The notes under the pieces were generated by a model. The model was not told the origin of the DNA and did not search any database. It saw only the letters and a list, made by a program, of their open reading frames with translations. Position numbers and translations under genes: made by a program. Below, piece after piece: positions 53,001-64,000 of a stretch of DNA of 64,000 nt; within the stretch, counting starts at the first letter, position 1, and each line of letters begins with the position of its first letter. The stretch comes from Lepidodermella squamata (lineage: Eukaryota; Animalia; Gastrotricha), in the NCBI GenBank assembly GCA_047495785.1, contig JBLDXI010000028.1:682001-746000 (forward strand). The letters are read 5' to 3'.

Positions 53001-56000
53001 GAAAAGTCGAACATGAGCCGCGTCTCGGTATAAAGCAGCTGCGACTAGGCCATTACCGAAATTAACCGGCGACCAGGCGATTTTCGAAATTTGCCGCTGG
53101 TCCGAGTTCAACATAGCGAAGCAACAGGATAAATTTCGAATGTCCCACAAATGGATTGCACCGTCTTGAGTCGCAGATAGCACTAAGTCTTTATTAGATA
53201 GGTGAGGGGTGACGTTGTATACAGCCTTAGTCCAGGCTGACGTGATCAACTGCTGGTCGCGGACTCCTTTTACGTGAATGACTTTCAGGCGGTCTTTGGT
53301 TGTGCCGACGATAAGGCTTGGCGTTTGTTGGCAGTACCGCCAGGCGACCGAATGGACGAATTCACCGTTGTCTAGCTGCAGCTCCCAGTGTTGCGGTTCG
53401 GTGCTGCCTTTTGAGAACTGACGAATGTCAACGTTCCAGACGTACGTTTTACCGCGGCCGAATGCAGTGACAAGCTAAAATCCCAAAAAATACATCAATG
53501 TAAGACGTAAGCCTTTAGAAGAAATTAATAAGGGAATATAAAATAATTATATTAACTACTTGCACTTCTGATGGCTTCCCACCTCCTGCTAAAGAAATCG
53601 ACTCTAGATTCTTCAATCGAACGGCATTGTGCCTTGACTCAAACCAGTAGATATCTTTACGGGACATCTACAGCTTAGGTGCATTAAGCGTTCGCTGTGA
53701 CAATTAATAAGTGTCAAGGCCAGTCCCTGTCCATCGTTGGTGTTTCCCTTACCGTCGGCGTTTTCACCCATAGACAAATGAACCACGTTCTCTCAAGAAC
53801 GCGCAAGAAGTGCGAGCCAGCTTAATAACGAAAGTTCCCAAAACTAAGAAATATTACTATTACTCTCAAGTTTACAATGAAATTTTGTGAATAGCGGAGT
53901 GTAATAATATGTCTTCGACGAGCTTCTTCAAAAATGATCCTACTGTTTTTTCGAAAATTGATTTTCTCTACTACGCGACTCGTACGGCGCTTTTCGGCGC
54001 AAGTTTCTCTACGCCAAGTCTAAAGACCCTGAGTTGTTTTTCCGCGATTATCGAATGACTCCGCAACAGTTCGAGCGGCTTCACCACCTTGCTGCTACGA
54101 AAATGCCATATCCAGAAGGCAAATGGTTCAAGGCCGCAAAGCGATCACACTCAATATTGATGAACGTCTATTAAACTGGTTATCTTTCTTAACAGGACGC
54201 AAATTTCGAGTGAAAATTCAATAACTGTTTTTCTGAGTGGTACGATGTGACAAGTGGCGTCCCACAAGGAAGTGTCTTAGGCCCACTGCTATTTTTGGTA
54301 TATAACTGATCTGCCAAAATATATTAAATTCAGCATCATTCGTCTATTATGCGATGATATAAAATGATTTCCTCATACTCATTTATTACGAACCTGTAAG
54401 GATCTGCCGGCTGGCATCCCGCCGAACTAACTAGCTTGTGATAATAATCATGTGATCATCAATTAGGCAAAGCCATGTTCGCTTCAGTTAATTCTCTATG
54501 ATATTCAAGGCCCTGAATGGCAGATCCTCAATGTTCGATTCATTCTCAATAAAGTAGTATAATCCGCGACTACTCTTGAAAAACTGGATGCCGTACAGGT
54601 TAGATTCTGCAAAATCACTGGAGCCATGCTGCAACCCCTTGGGCAACGTCATTTTGTAGGAGTGATGGCCTACTTGTACAAAATCATCGTTGCAGGACGT
54701 GGAACAGCTCAGGTTCGATCAAAATTCAAGCGAATTTTCAAACGGTGCAGTCCTACGCGAGAATGCACTGCCAAGCACAATCATCAAATCAGCCTAGCTA
54801 AACCTGCTACCAAGCGCAGTAATATTGAGCCCTTCGAGCGTATAAACAATATCGTACAAAAATGAAATAATCTTCCCACAACTGTGTTCCCATCAGTGAT
54901 CAATGTCGAGCTCTTCAAAATATTTGTTAATGACCTAGGGCTTGCGCTATAGCCAACCATGCGCGCCTGAAATTTTTCCATAAATATAAAAAAGTAGTGC
55001 CAGGCCAAGTCTTGACATTTCCCTGACAGGACCATGCGTAACTGTTTCGTGATATTTACTTGAAGCATTTGAATAAATGTCATATAAATATCATGAGAAA
55101 CCCATTAAAATAATCAAAAATTCAAATAATATTGACTGAAATATTATTGAAAAAATTACCATATTGTGTTCGAAAGGATGCCAATCGATCGCTGTGCATT
55201 GGGGAAGGTCTTTGTTATGCATGTAAAGTACGGTTGACAAATTGACAGACGTCATCGATTCCTTGCCACTGCTTTCAAAGCTGAAAAGAATCAAGAATTC
55301 ACAACCGATTCAATAGACAAGCAATTCAAAGTTGGCCTCTTACTTGACAATTTTCACACTGTCCAGCTTTGCAATAGCTATTATCGAAGGATGGTCAGGA
55401 GATGGGCACCAAGCCATTGCCTAAAAAGATGGAAAATCATTATAAATTGTACAATTATGTAAAAATACTCAAACTTCATCAGTCCATTTTATTAATTCAA
55501 GAATGTTGGCGAATGGGGGCGATTATGAGAGCTACCCCGAACTAAAACCCAACTTCAGAAATTCGAAAAACTTGGCATTCTAGCTCCTGCATAATCTAAA
55601 TCCATGTTGTTCGAATTTTATTCTTGTTTATAAACTAAAATCCAATCAAATATAGCCATGAACCAGTTTGGCCAAAAATTCGATGAGAGCTTTTTAATTG
55701 AATTTTAATAAGAAATTTTAATAGATTAATTTTAGACATTTTGATCAATTAAATTAAGTGGAGTAGCAGGAGTGAACTGAAAAAAACATGCCGTGACATT
55801 ATTGCACGAAAATTCGCGCGACGTAAAAACGGGCAGGGCGTAGAGACTTTCAGCCAGCCGCGTACCAGGGCTATTAGGATCCGGCCCCGGCTTAGCCGAA
55901 CACTTGTACATGGTCAAATCATTGGCACCCAGCGCCAGAAAGGTCTGATGTTCCTCGCTGCGCGTTGGTGACCATAAAATTTCGCACCGCTGCGATTTCA

Positions 56001-56001
56001 T
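47032..56001 (-). CDS. MIOS: GATOR2 complex subunit MIOS (WD40 repeats, helical solenoid, C-terminal Zn finger/RING)
   Basis: N-terminus EILWSP; WD repeats (IDWHP, LWDIRN); RAAAIALY; TGDIQT; C-terminus CQSCKRPLPRCAVCL...[21 protein letters not shown]...CPVVGCHCTCMQLD. Confidence 0.92.
49250..49750 (+). mobile_element. Degenerate Penelope-like retroelement, GIY-YIG endonuclease remnant (in a MIOS intron)
   Basis: AVYKLQCLDYNEYYVGMTGRSVQKRMRDNH, with downstream AYEHIFYKSLKPTLN, typical of the Penelope EN C-terminus; interrupted by stops and frameshifts. Confidence 0.75.
51128..52240 (+). mobile_element. Degenerate Ginger2/KRBA2-like DDE integrase with a downstream PHD-like finger (in a MIOS intron)
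   Basis: LHCRDH..., GPFKKVHHDRGTEF, frameshift, PRKPWQNGKVERAN, then CAVCNDLIHPDNRFRCSGCNVAVHGYC. Confidence 0.7.
53960..54160 (+). mobile_element. PIF/Harbinger transposase N-terminal relic
   Basis: KDPELFFRDYRMTPQQFERLH resembles the F-x3-RM-x4-F-x2-L motif of Harbinger transposases; short and broken. Confidence 0.45.
54165..54620 (+). mobile_element. CR1/L2-type LINE reverse transcriptase relic
   Basis: VTSGVPQGSVLGPLLFLVY, DLP and IRLYCDDI (YADD equivalent), with frameshifts. Confidence 0.8.
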
Positions 56002-56075
56002 GATTTTTGAGCAAAATCACGCCCAACGACCTTCAAATTAGCATTAATAAGTCTCTAAATTAAACGAAAAGGACC

Positions 56076-56833
56076 ATACTTTAATATTCATCTAATTCAT
56101 TTTTTTCTGCATCTAATATCTTTTTTCCACATCTAAATCTTTTTTTCGCATCTAGGCCTTTTTTCTACAGCTAATTCTACTTTTTCTCACATCTAATTTA
56201 AAAATAGCTGGAATGACTTCAAAAAAATTGAAAAATGATTCAGCGCGTTGTTCTCGGTAAGAAAACATATGTTTTGTTGCCAGAACATAGGTAAATCGCT
56301 TTATTTAGCGAAAAGAAAAGAAAAGAAAAACGGAAAAATGAAAGAAAAACATCAATTTAAGGCTTTTCCAAAGCCATATAATGATTCCCAGTGTAGAGGA
56401 GCTTCGACGCGATGATGAACTCTTTTCTACAGCGCGACAGTTGTAGATCATCGATGTCCTTCTTTATCCGGCGATAAAGCTTGGGGTGCTGTTTTCCGGC
56501 CCACCATTCCTTGACATGTTTCTTCATGCGCTAAACATGACTATTGCACAATTTATTTACTACGCCTTTCGCACGTGCATTCTTCTATTAACATTTTCCC
56601 ACGTGCATTTTTCCGCGCGCCTGATCTGGCAACGAAACATATGTTTTCTTACCGAGAACAACGCGCTGAATCATTTTTCAATTTTTTTGAAGTCATTCCA
56701 GCTATTTTTAAATTAGATGTGAGAAAAAGTAGAATTAGCTGTAGAAAAAAGGCCTAGATGCGAAAAAAAGATTTAGATGTGGAAAAAAGATATTAGATGC
56801 AGAAAAAAATGATTTAGATGCCAATTAAAGTAT
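56076..56833. mobile_element. Foldback-like element with ~200-bp inverted arms containing ~20-bp CATCTAA-T(n) subrepeats
   Basis: 56076-56284 is the near-perfect reverse complement of 56625-56833; ~340-bp spacer. Confidence 0.88.
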
Positions 56834-57902
56834 ATTTCAACGAAAAATACAGCTCTAAGGTGCTTTCTATCCTTCCATCCGAGATAGCAATCTGCCTGTT
56901 GGAATCATCCTTGTCACATTTTAGGACCATTTTAAGGCCTAATGGCTGTTCAGCTATCTTAAACCAGACAATTTCGAATTTTCAAGCCGCGACCCGAAAA
57001 CCCCAGAAACCTTTTGCAAGCCTGTTCTTCGAATGACTGCATCAGTTCGTCGAAAACAAGAAAAATTAGGATATTAGAGCATATCTTAAGGATATCTTAA
57101 GAACTGTGGTATTTTCAAGCTATAAGTTTTGTGCAAAGCCTGTACTAAGATTTACAACTTCTAACAGCAATGATCGGCCATACTTTAGCCATAGTAGACT
57201 TAAGTTCCACGTATGGTACCGCGGCATTTGAGCCACAATCCTTTTTCACATATTTACCATCAAACCTGTGAGTAAACCGTCATTCAAGAAAACAGCAGCT
57301 TGGCAGGAGTTTCGGAACCCAAATCCGGCCTCAAACCGTAAAAATAACCAAATTTAACTCCACCAAAGCCATGTGTCTCAGTCATTTCAATGAATCGACC
57401 AATAAATGTTGCGTCGCCACGACCATCAAACTCAAACGAAACAAAAATATCGTAAAATCTAAAACAAAATCATTCATGAGCAATCACCATTTTTATTTTC
57501 ATTTTTCTTTTGCTTCTATCGGAGAGTTGCTTTTCGCTAGATCAAACACGGGCAACATTAACAACATCGACACATAATTTAAGAATTATATTTTTTCTTG
57601 CTACTAGAAATGCAAAAAGGAAACCAAGAGAACCAGTACTATTATAATTATTATAAGCAATTTTTGTTTGAAATTTCGCAACCAATAATTTTACAAAGAG
57701 CAATATCGTAGTTTGAGACAACAATTGAGAACTTATCGCCAGAAAATCGCTCGAATTTTTCAAATATTATAATAAATATTGAGAAATTTTGTAAAAAATA
57801 TGCAGCTTGATGTGAGAAGATCCCCGGAATTCAAGGTTTTGGAGATTTAATTTATTACAAAAGCTGCTTTTTCTGAACGATTTTCTAGCGAAAAGCTCCA
57901 AA

Positions 57903-60900
57903 TTATTGGTAAGGCCCCTGAGGCGGATAGCCCTGCGGCCGTTGCATCATCTGCTGCTGGGGAGGCGGCCCCGGGTGCCGATTCATCATCATCTGCTGCT
58001 GTTGCGGGTGGCCCATAAACTGGCCCATTTGTTGCGGCTGCTGCGGCATGCCGTAGCCCATGCCCGGCTGCGGTTGGCCCTGCATCGGCCCGCCCATTTG
58101 GCTGACGAATTGCGGCTGCGGCTGCTGACGGTGCTGTGGCTGTTGCATGTAGCCGCCCTGTTGCGGCATGACACCTCGCGGCACCATGCCTGGGGGACCG
58201 CCCGGCATCGGCGCCCGGACGAGTTGCTGCGGCTGTGGCTGGGGCGGCATTTGTTGCCGGCCTTGCATCATGCCCGGGTCGTGCATTGGCGGATAGTTGG
58301 GCTGATACTGCTGTGGCATGGGCTGTCGAGGCTCGAATTGCCGGTTTTGAGGTGGTGCGTACTAATAAAAGCAAAATATTCATCAATTCGAAATAAAATG
58401 GTTATCAATATTTGCACAACTAAAAATTAAAATGGGGTTCCAGCACTAAATTTTTCCAGATTTAATGCGATTTCGGCTTTTTCATTTTTCGACCGATAAT
58501 ATATTATTCATAATATTATAATATTCATTGTTATTTGGGAACTTCCACTTGTGCTGGACTTGTGAAAGCTGGGACGATCTATGGTATTTTTCAATTCTTG
58601 CTATTTTTATCTAATCGTTAATCAAGAAAAGTTTTTCAGGTTTTTGGGCTATTTCTTCGGCGGTTTGGTTTGGTCGTTTCTAGGCAGGATTTCCATTCAC
58701 TAGCTGTGATTGCTGCATGTCTCATCTACGAAATCATTATCGGTCACATATTCAGCAACTATCTTCGCTGGCTGGAAGTAAGTTGCCGACAACTCACGAG
58801 TTTTACGTTTTTAAATTCTCCTTTTAAAAACACATGCCCATACCCATTCTGTGCCGGTGTTTCCCAGGCGGACATAACGTGGAGTGTAACCAATTTTGCG
58901 CTGAAATATCAGTTGCGGAAAACTATCAGTACACATGAGGAAAAATTTCCGTGCTTGAAATCGTGGCTACAAAGGTTTGAGTACGAATTCTGCAACTGGC
59001 CCGCGCGTATAACCGCAGCCGACATCGAAAAATATAGACTGGCGGTAATTTTTTCCTGAGTTAGTTCAGCAACTTTCTGCATTATCATGAATTTATCAAT
59101 GCAGAAACTGGCTTTTGCAATCAACATAACTGCTTGTGCCTTCTCCGAAAAAGTAGAAGTCCCGTTTAATATTTCTCTCCCTGAATTGAGGCAGCAATAT
59201 TTGGTTAATGATACCAAAATCCGAGTCGAGGAAATGATTTTCAGCTATGCAGAAGTCGACCCGCTCTGTCTCTTCCTCGCTAAGGAGAAAGAACCGGCTT
59301 TTCAAAAAGCCAACCACGTAAAATTATAGATTTATTATAACATGGCTAAATTTTGCAATTTCCAGGTCATTCAATCGCTCTCTAACACTTCTGCTGCTAT
59401 ATCTCGCCTGACTTTTCCCTATCGCATGGCTGTTTTACAGCTGATTCCGTCGCAACAGGTCGAAAACATCAATTTCTGCAAAATCGGATTTACTACTACA
59501 CTGCTATGCTGACCGTTGCCTTCTTCTCGAAAAGTACCAGACTAGTGCTGGTCGTAATTTATTCAGTTGCCATCGAAAACGTTTTCATTGACGATAGTGA
59601 TACTGTAAAGCTGATTTGCTTGTAAAAAACCTCATCGAAATTTGATCATTTTCATGTTATTCGCAGGCCAACGATATTTCGATCATTTTCTTGATTCGCT
59701 ATGCCAGCATTGGTGCTATAATATACCATATTAATTTCATTCGCCAACGAAACAGAGACGCCCAGTTCAACCGCCTGTTGCGACGCTAATCACGTTCAAC
59801 TCAAAATGGGCCTTCCAACACGTGGTATTTATTACTCCTGATTGTCATAAGGAAGCAACCAGGGTATTATTTTCTTCTCAAATAGATGATTTTTTCTGAA
59901 TATATTGGCGTTAACGGCATCCAGCAAAATAAAATTGCAAGAATTATAAATAATAAAATATTAAAAAAATATTGGGGCTATCCTCTGGTGGAGTCTCATA
60001 TGGAGACCTATGGGTTAGGCATGATAAAAAAATTTGAGATCCTAGCGTGAAACTTGAAAACCCATATTTTGGGGAAATCCATGCCACAGTCTCAAATTTA
60101 ATGCTGGAACCCCAGCTTTAAGATGAGCACTTGGCACATCCAAATGAAATTTAATAATGAAATTACCTGTTGCGCTTGTTGGAAATGCTGCCGATCGGGC
60201 GGGACATTGTTGTTCGGACTCAGCAACAACTGACTGAGCCCAGAATCCTGCTGCGGCTGCTGTTGCACCTGCGGCGGCGGCCGTTGCTGCTGAGGCGGCC
60301 CTTGTTGGTACTGCGGCTGGTAGATCTCCTCCATCGGCAGCGCCAACTGATGCATCAAACTCTGTTGCGGCGGCGGCTGCTGCTGAACCGGCGGCGGTTG
60401 CGGCGGGCCAGGCTGTTGCGGAGGCGGCGGTGGCGGCGGGTTGCTCGACGCTAGCAAATCGTGCAGCGACGACGCGTTCGTTCTCGCCGCCGGCATAGCG
60501 ACCTGCGGCGCCATTTGCGGGTGCATCCTCTGCTGTTGCTGGTGCAACTGCTGCTGCTGTTCCAAAATGTTCGGATACGGCTGGTTCTGCGGCGGTTGCT
60601 GTTGCATTTGCTGTTGCTGTTGTTGTTGCTGCTGCTGCTGCTGCATTTCTGGCGGCCAGCCTTGTTGCTGCTTTGTCGCCGAGCCGTGTTGAGGCGGTCG
60701 TGGGGTTGACACTGTGTGGTAACCGGACGCGTCCATTGCCATGGGCGGCATTTGCTGCTGCTGCTGCTGTTGTTGTTGTTGCTGCTGCTGGCCTTCGCCG
60801 CTTCGCCGTTGCCGGTGCTTCGACGGCTGGCCGACCATCTGCTCTTGTTGCATTTGCTGGTGTGGTGGCACTTGTGGGAAAATCGTCGTTTCGAAATTCA

Positions 60901-63900
60901 GAGTCGCCGACGGTAAATTATCGCCTGAATAAAATATACAAATTATTGAGATGAGGACCGCAATATTTTAGGTTTTTTTCTGTTTCATGTCGACATATCG
61001 GAGTTATTTTTAGGGGTAAATTTGTAAATATTCAGAATAATACAGTTCAATTTTTTTCTGGGTCATTTTTTGATTAAGAATTGATTAGGAAATTCTGTCA
61101 AGAATTCGAGCTTCCAATTGCATAGCTCCGGTAGTAGATTTTCCCATTGCTCAAAATCTTGTTCTCAGTTGTTCTACCAATTTTGGGTATTGATTTTTCT
61201 TCATTTTTTTTACCTGAAAATGAGTCCAAGCGCTCGAGACCAGCGAGCGGTGGCGGTGGCATTTTGTGTTTTTCAGACGAATTCCGCTGCCGGCCCTGGT
61301 TGGTCGGCGTCAAGTGCTGCGGTGGCATCATTGGCGGCTGTAGGAACAGCTCATCGTCCATTTTACCCCCGTGTCCTGGATCCATCAGAACCGCAGTTAA
61401 CGGCGTCATTCGCACCGTATTATGCTGCTGCTGTTGCTGCTGATGGTGATGGTTGACATCAATTTGTGGGGGAACCATTTCTTGCATCTGAAATAAAAAA
61501 ACAGGGATAGATCAGGGATAGGTAAACAGCCATGAATTGCAGTTGATTTTTTTAAATTTCAAATTCCCGATAAATTGCACCAAATTTCAATTCTTTCATT
61601 AATGCTCAAAATCGCGACTTTAAAATGAAAATTTCATCTTTTTCAATTTATTAAATCTCCCGTCATAAAATAAAATAAAAAATTGAACAAAATAACCATA
61701 CCTGCAAAGAATTGTCCACATTCGATTTCGATTTCTTCGCCGAACTTGCCTCATCAACCTGCATAGGCGAATCAGGCTCCTCGTCTGAACTCGAATCCGA
61801 ACTCGAATTTCGGCGCTGCCGCGGCGGCAACGGCTCCAAGAAACTCGCATCCGAGCTCTTCAGCGGCTGGTGGTAAGACGCAAGAACGCCAAGCCGCGAA
61901 AACCGCGCCGTAGGCCGCACGTCCAACCGCCGCGCGCAGAACCACGTCCACGAAATCGGGCCAGAATTGCGCCAACCCGACCCCGGCTCGACAATCTCCC
62001 ACGGATTCAACGACTGAACGCCCGCGATTTGCAGGCCCTGCTGTCTTGCGTTCGCACTCAGCCCCGTTATTTGGTTGCCCCGAGAGTCTAAAACCGCGCC
62101 GTACGGCTCCATGACGAACGCCTCGTAAAACTGACGAGACAGCGGCATTAGCCGGCGAATTTCCCTCGCAACCGGCGACTGACACTCGCCGATTTCTTTC
62201 TTCAACTTCTTAACAGCGGCGATATACACCTTCTTATTATCATCCCGCTCCGTGAAACTGTCAGTGCCAACCATGGTTGAATGGACGAAACACGTCAATA
62301 GGTCGAATAGCAACGCCTGTAACGCAGATTTCGTCTCGGAACCAGGGTTAATCGGAACAGCCACTTGATGAGTCAGCAATTGGCAGCAAACCAAGGCCCA
62401 ATCCGTCGCAGAATTCGGCTGGCGGAGAATTCCCGAGTCGAGAATTGACCCGACCAGGGCGAGGCGTAACCTCAGCGCCTCTTGCCTCAACGTTTGGTCG
62501 TCCCAATTAACATCGGACTGGGGTATCACCCCTGACGCGGTGAATGAGCACTGGACAAATTTTTCGAGTTGGGCGTATAGAACTTTAGCCAACTCATCGG
62601 CCTGGTCGCGTTTCGCAGCGACGAGCGACGCAACCAGGGTCAAAAACGCGGGATGAGCCACCTGGGCCATGTAGTCCAGCAGTCGATCTCTGTCCTTTTC
62701 CTTCAGTTTTCCAAACGATTGGGCGGGTGGGACTGTTGCGTCTAGCAATCTCCACGCCTCTCTCAGCACCCTAGATTGCATGCATTCGATCAGCGAAACA
62801 ACCAACGGCGCGATGAACCACAACCGCTCGGGGAAATGAATGTCATTTTCGGCGAAATTTGACCTAGATTTCGACGCTGCGCTGAACATGTCCATCACGA
62901 CTGAGCCGAAATTGTCGAGAAATTGCTGTAGTTCAGTCGAACCAACCTGCCGGTAGACTAGCTGCAGCCTCAACCGGGTGCGGCGTAGACTCGACGCGGA
63001 TAACGGGTTCAGAATCGCGATTAAGGTGGAGCGTTGGCGCGGATCTGCGCCGGAAACTCGGACTGAACCATCGTCGCCCGTGCAGCATAGGCAATCGACT
63101 AAATGCCGTTGTTGCTCTTTCGTAATTCCCGAGTCTAATAACATTTCAGTTCGAAACAACAAATCAGGCTCGGCCAGGAGTTTACACCGTAAAAGCGGTG
63201 AGGTGGCGAGTGAATAGAACAACTCAGAGGCAATAGCGTCGCCAACTCGAGTGGTTTGTAGCGAAACTTTCGCGTTACCAGGTCCGGCAATCGGGGCTGA
63301 GTCGCCCAAATACAACAACGCCTTCAAAATCGATAACGTATAACTGCAGTCTGTTGTCGAAATATGCGAATTTAGCAGTAGAATATCGGCGAATGACATG
63401 CCGATCGGGCCTAGCTGGGCTGAACTTGCGTAGGCCTCACCAACCGGCCGGAATGACCCGGGGGTAGACTTTCCGTCTATAGCCGGGGTCGGGTATGACC
63501 CGACTAAGGCAAGTTCCGCTAGGCCGATCACATTCTTCAAAATCGCATAGGCCAGCAGGGTGCCTGATTCTAGGTCTTCCTCCATATCTTCCCGGTCTTC
63601 CATGCCCGATCCAGGGAAAACTGAGCTCGAATTTGAGGTAGCGCCCGGGGTTCGAGGCACGGTTAGGACTGGCAGTAGAACGAACCGGATCAGGTCGGAA
63701 AATGTGAAAATCGACCGGGCGAGAAGTACGCCGACGAAATTTGCGATGTTAACGCGAACTGCGTCTGCATTTCGGCTGTCCGGGCCGAGGTTAGGTCCGA
63801 CCAACATGCGGATGTCGATGAAGGCCTGTGTCATTGTTGGCTGTGGGTTCGTGACTGAGGAGGAACGCGAGAACGATGAAGAACCGCTGAGACGATTCGG

Positions 63901-63941
63901 TTGACCTGACGAACTCGATTGAGCTTGCAGGCTTTGAGCAA
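57903..63941 (-). CDS. MED12: Mediator subunit MED12, 3' portion (5' part lies beyond the window)
   Basis: EALRLRLALVG, AAVKKLKKEIGE, QGLQIAGVQSLNPWE and PISWTWF, followed by PQ-rich and polyQ (OPA) exons at ~61214-61488, 60167-60925 and 57903-58360. Confidence 0.9.
58641..59789 (+). CDS. Nested, spliced, antisense gene or pseudogene encoding a probable membrane protein inside a MED12 intron
   Basis: Successive phase-0 junctions GAA|GTAAGT..CAG|GCG, GCG|GTAATT..CAG|AAA and CAC|GTAAAA..CAG|GTC link ORFs 58670 and 59087; hydrophobic segments at both ends. Confidence 0.45.
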
Positions 63942-64000
63942 CTAAAAATCAATAACGAAATAGTCAGAATTTAATTTACGAAAAAATTCTCAATGAAAAG

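Noticed and set aside
60170-60954. Poly-Cys/Leu/Ala ORFs on the + strand
   Set aside because: These are shadow frames of the MED12 polyQ (CAG/CAA) exon; the same applies to antisense ORFs over GATA, CAMSAP and RPL11.

Overview
Intron-rich nuclear DNA of an invertebrate animal (standard code, GT-AG introns that are mostly short and AT-rich); not prokaryotic, and no CRISPR array. Recognisable genes: a GATA4/5/6-type transcription factor, an atypical Gyc88E-like soluble guanylyl cyclase, CAMSAP/Patronin, RPL11, MIOS (GATOR2), the 3' part of MED12 and tRNA-Val(AAC). Less familiar genes: a NEK-like kinase apparently spliced to an AIG1/GIMAP-like GTPase plus an RBR-Rcat-like Cys motif (21.6-25.0 kb, the best candidate for an undescribed system), a CCPG1-like single-pass protein, two paralogous Cys/His-knuckle membrane-protein genes, a candidate ciliary gene with an X-box, and a spliced antisense gene nested in a MED12 intron. 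Intergenic DNA and introns hold MITE/foldback elements, relics of Penelope, Ginger2, Harbinger and CR1/L2 elements, and a type I hammerhead-like motif. All gene models were built by eye from splice signals and reading-frame continuity; no database searches were run.
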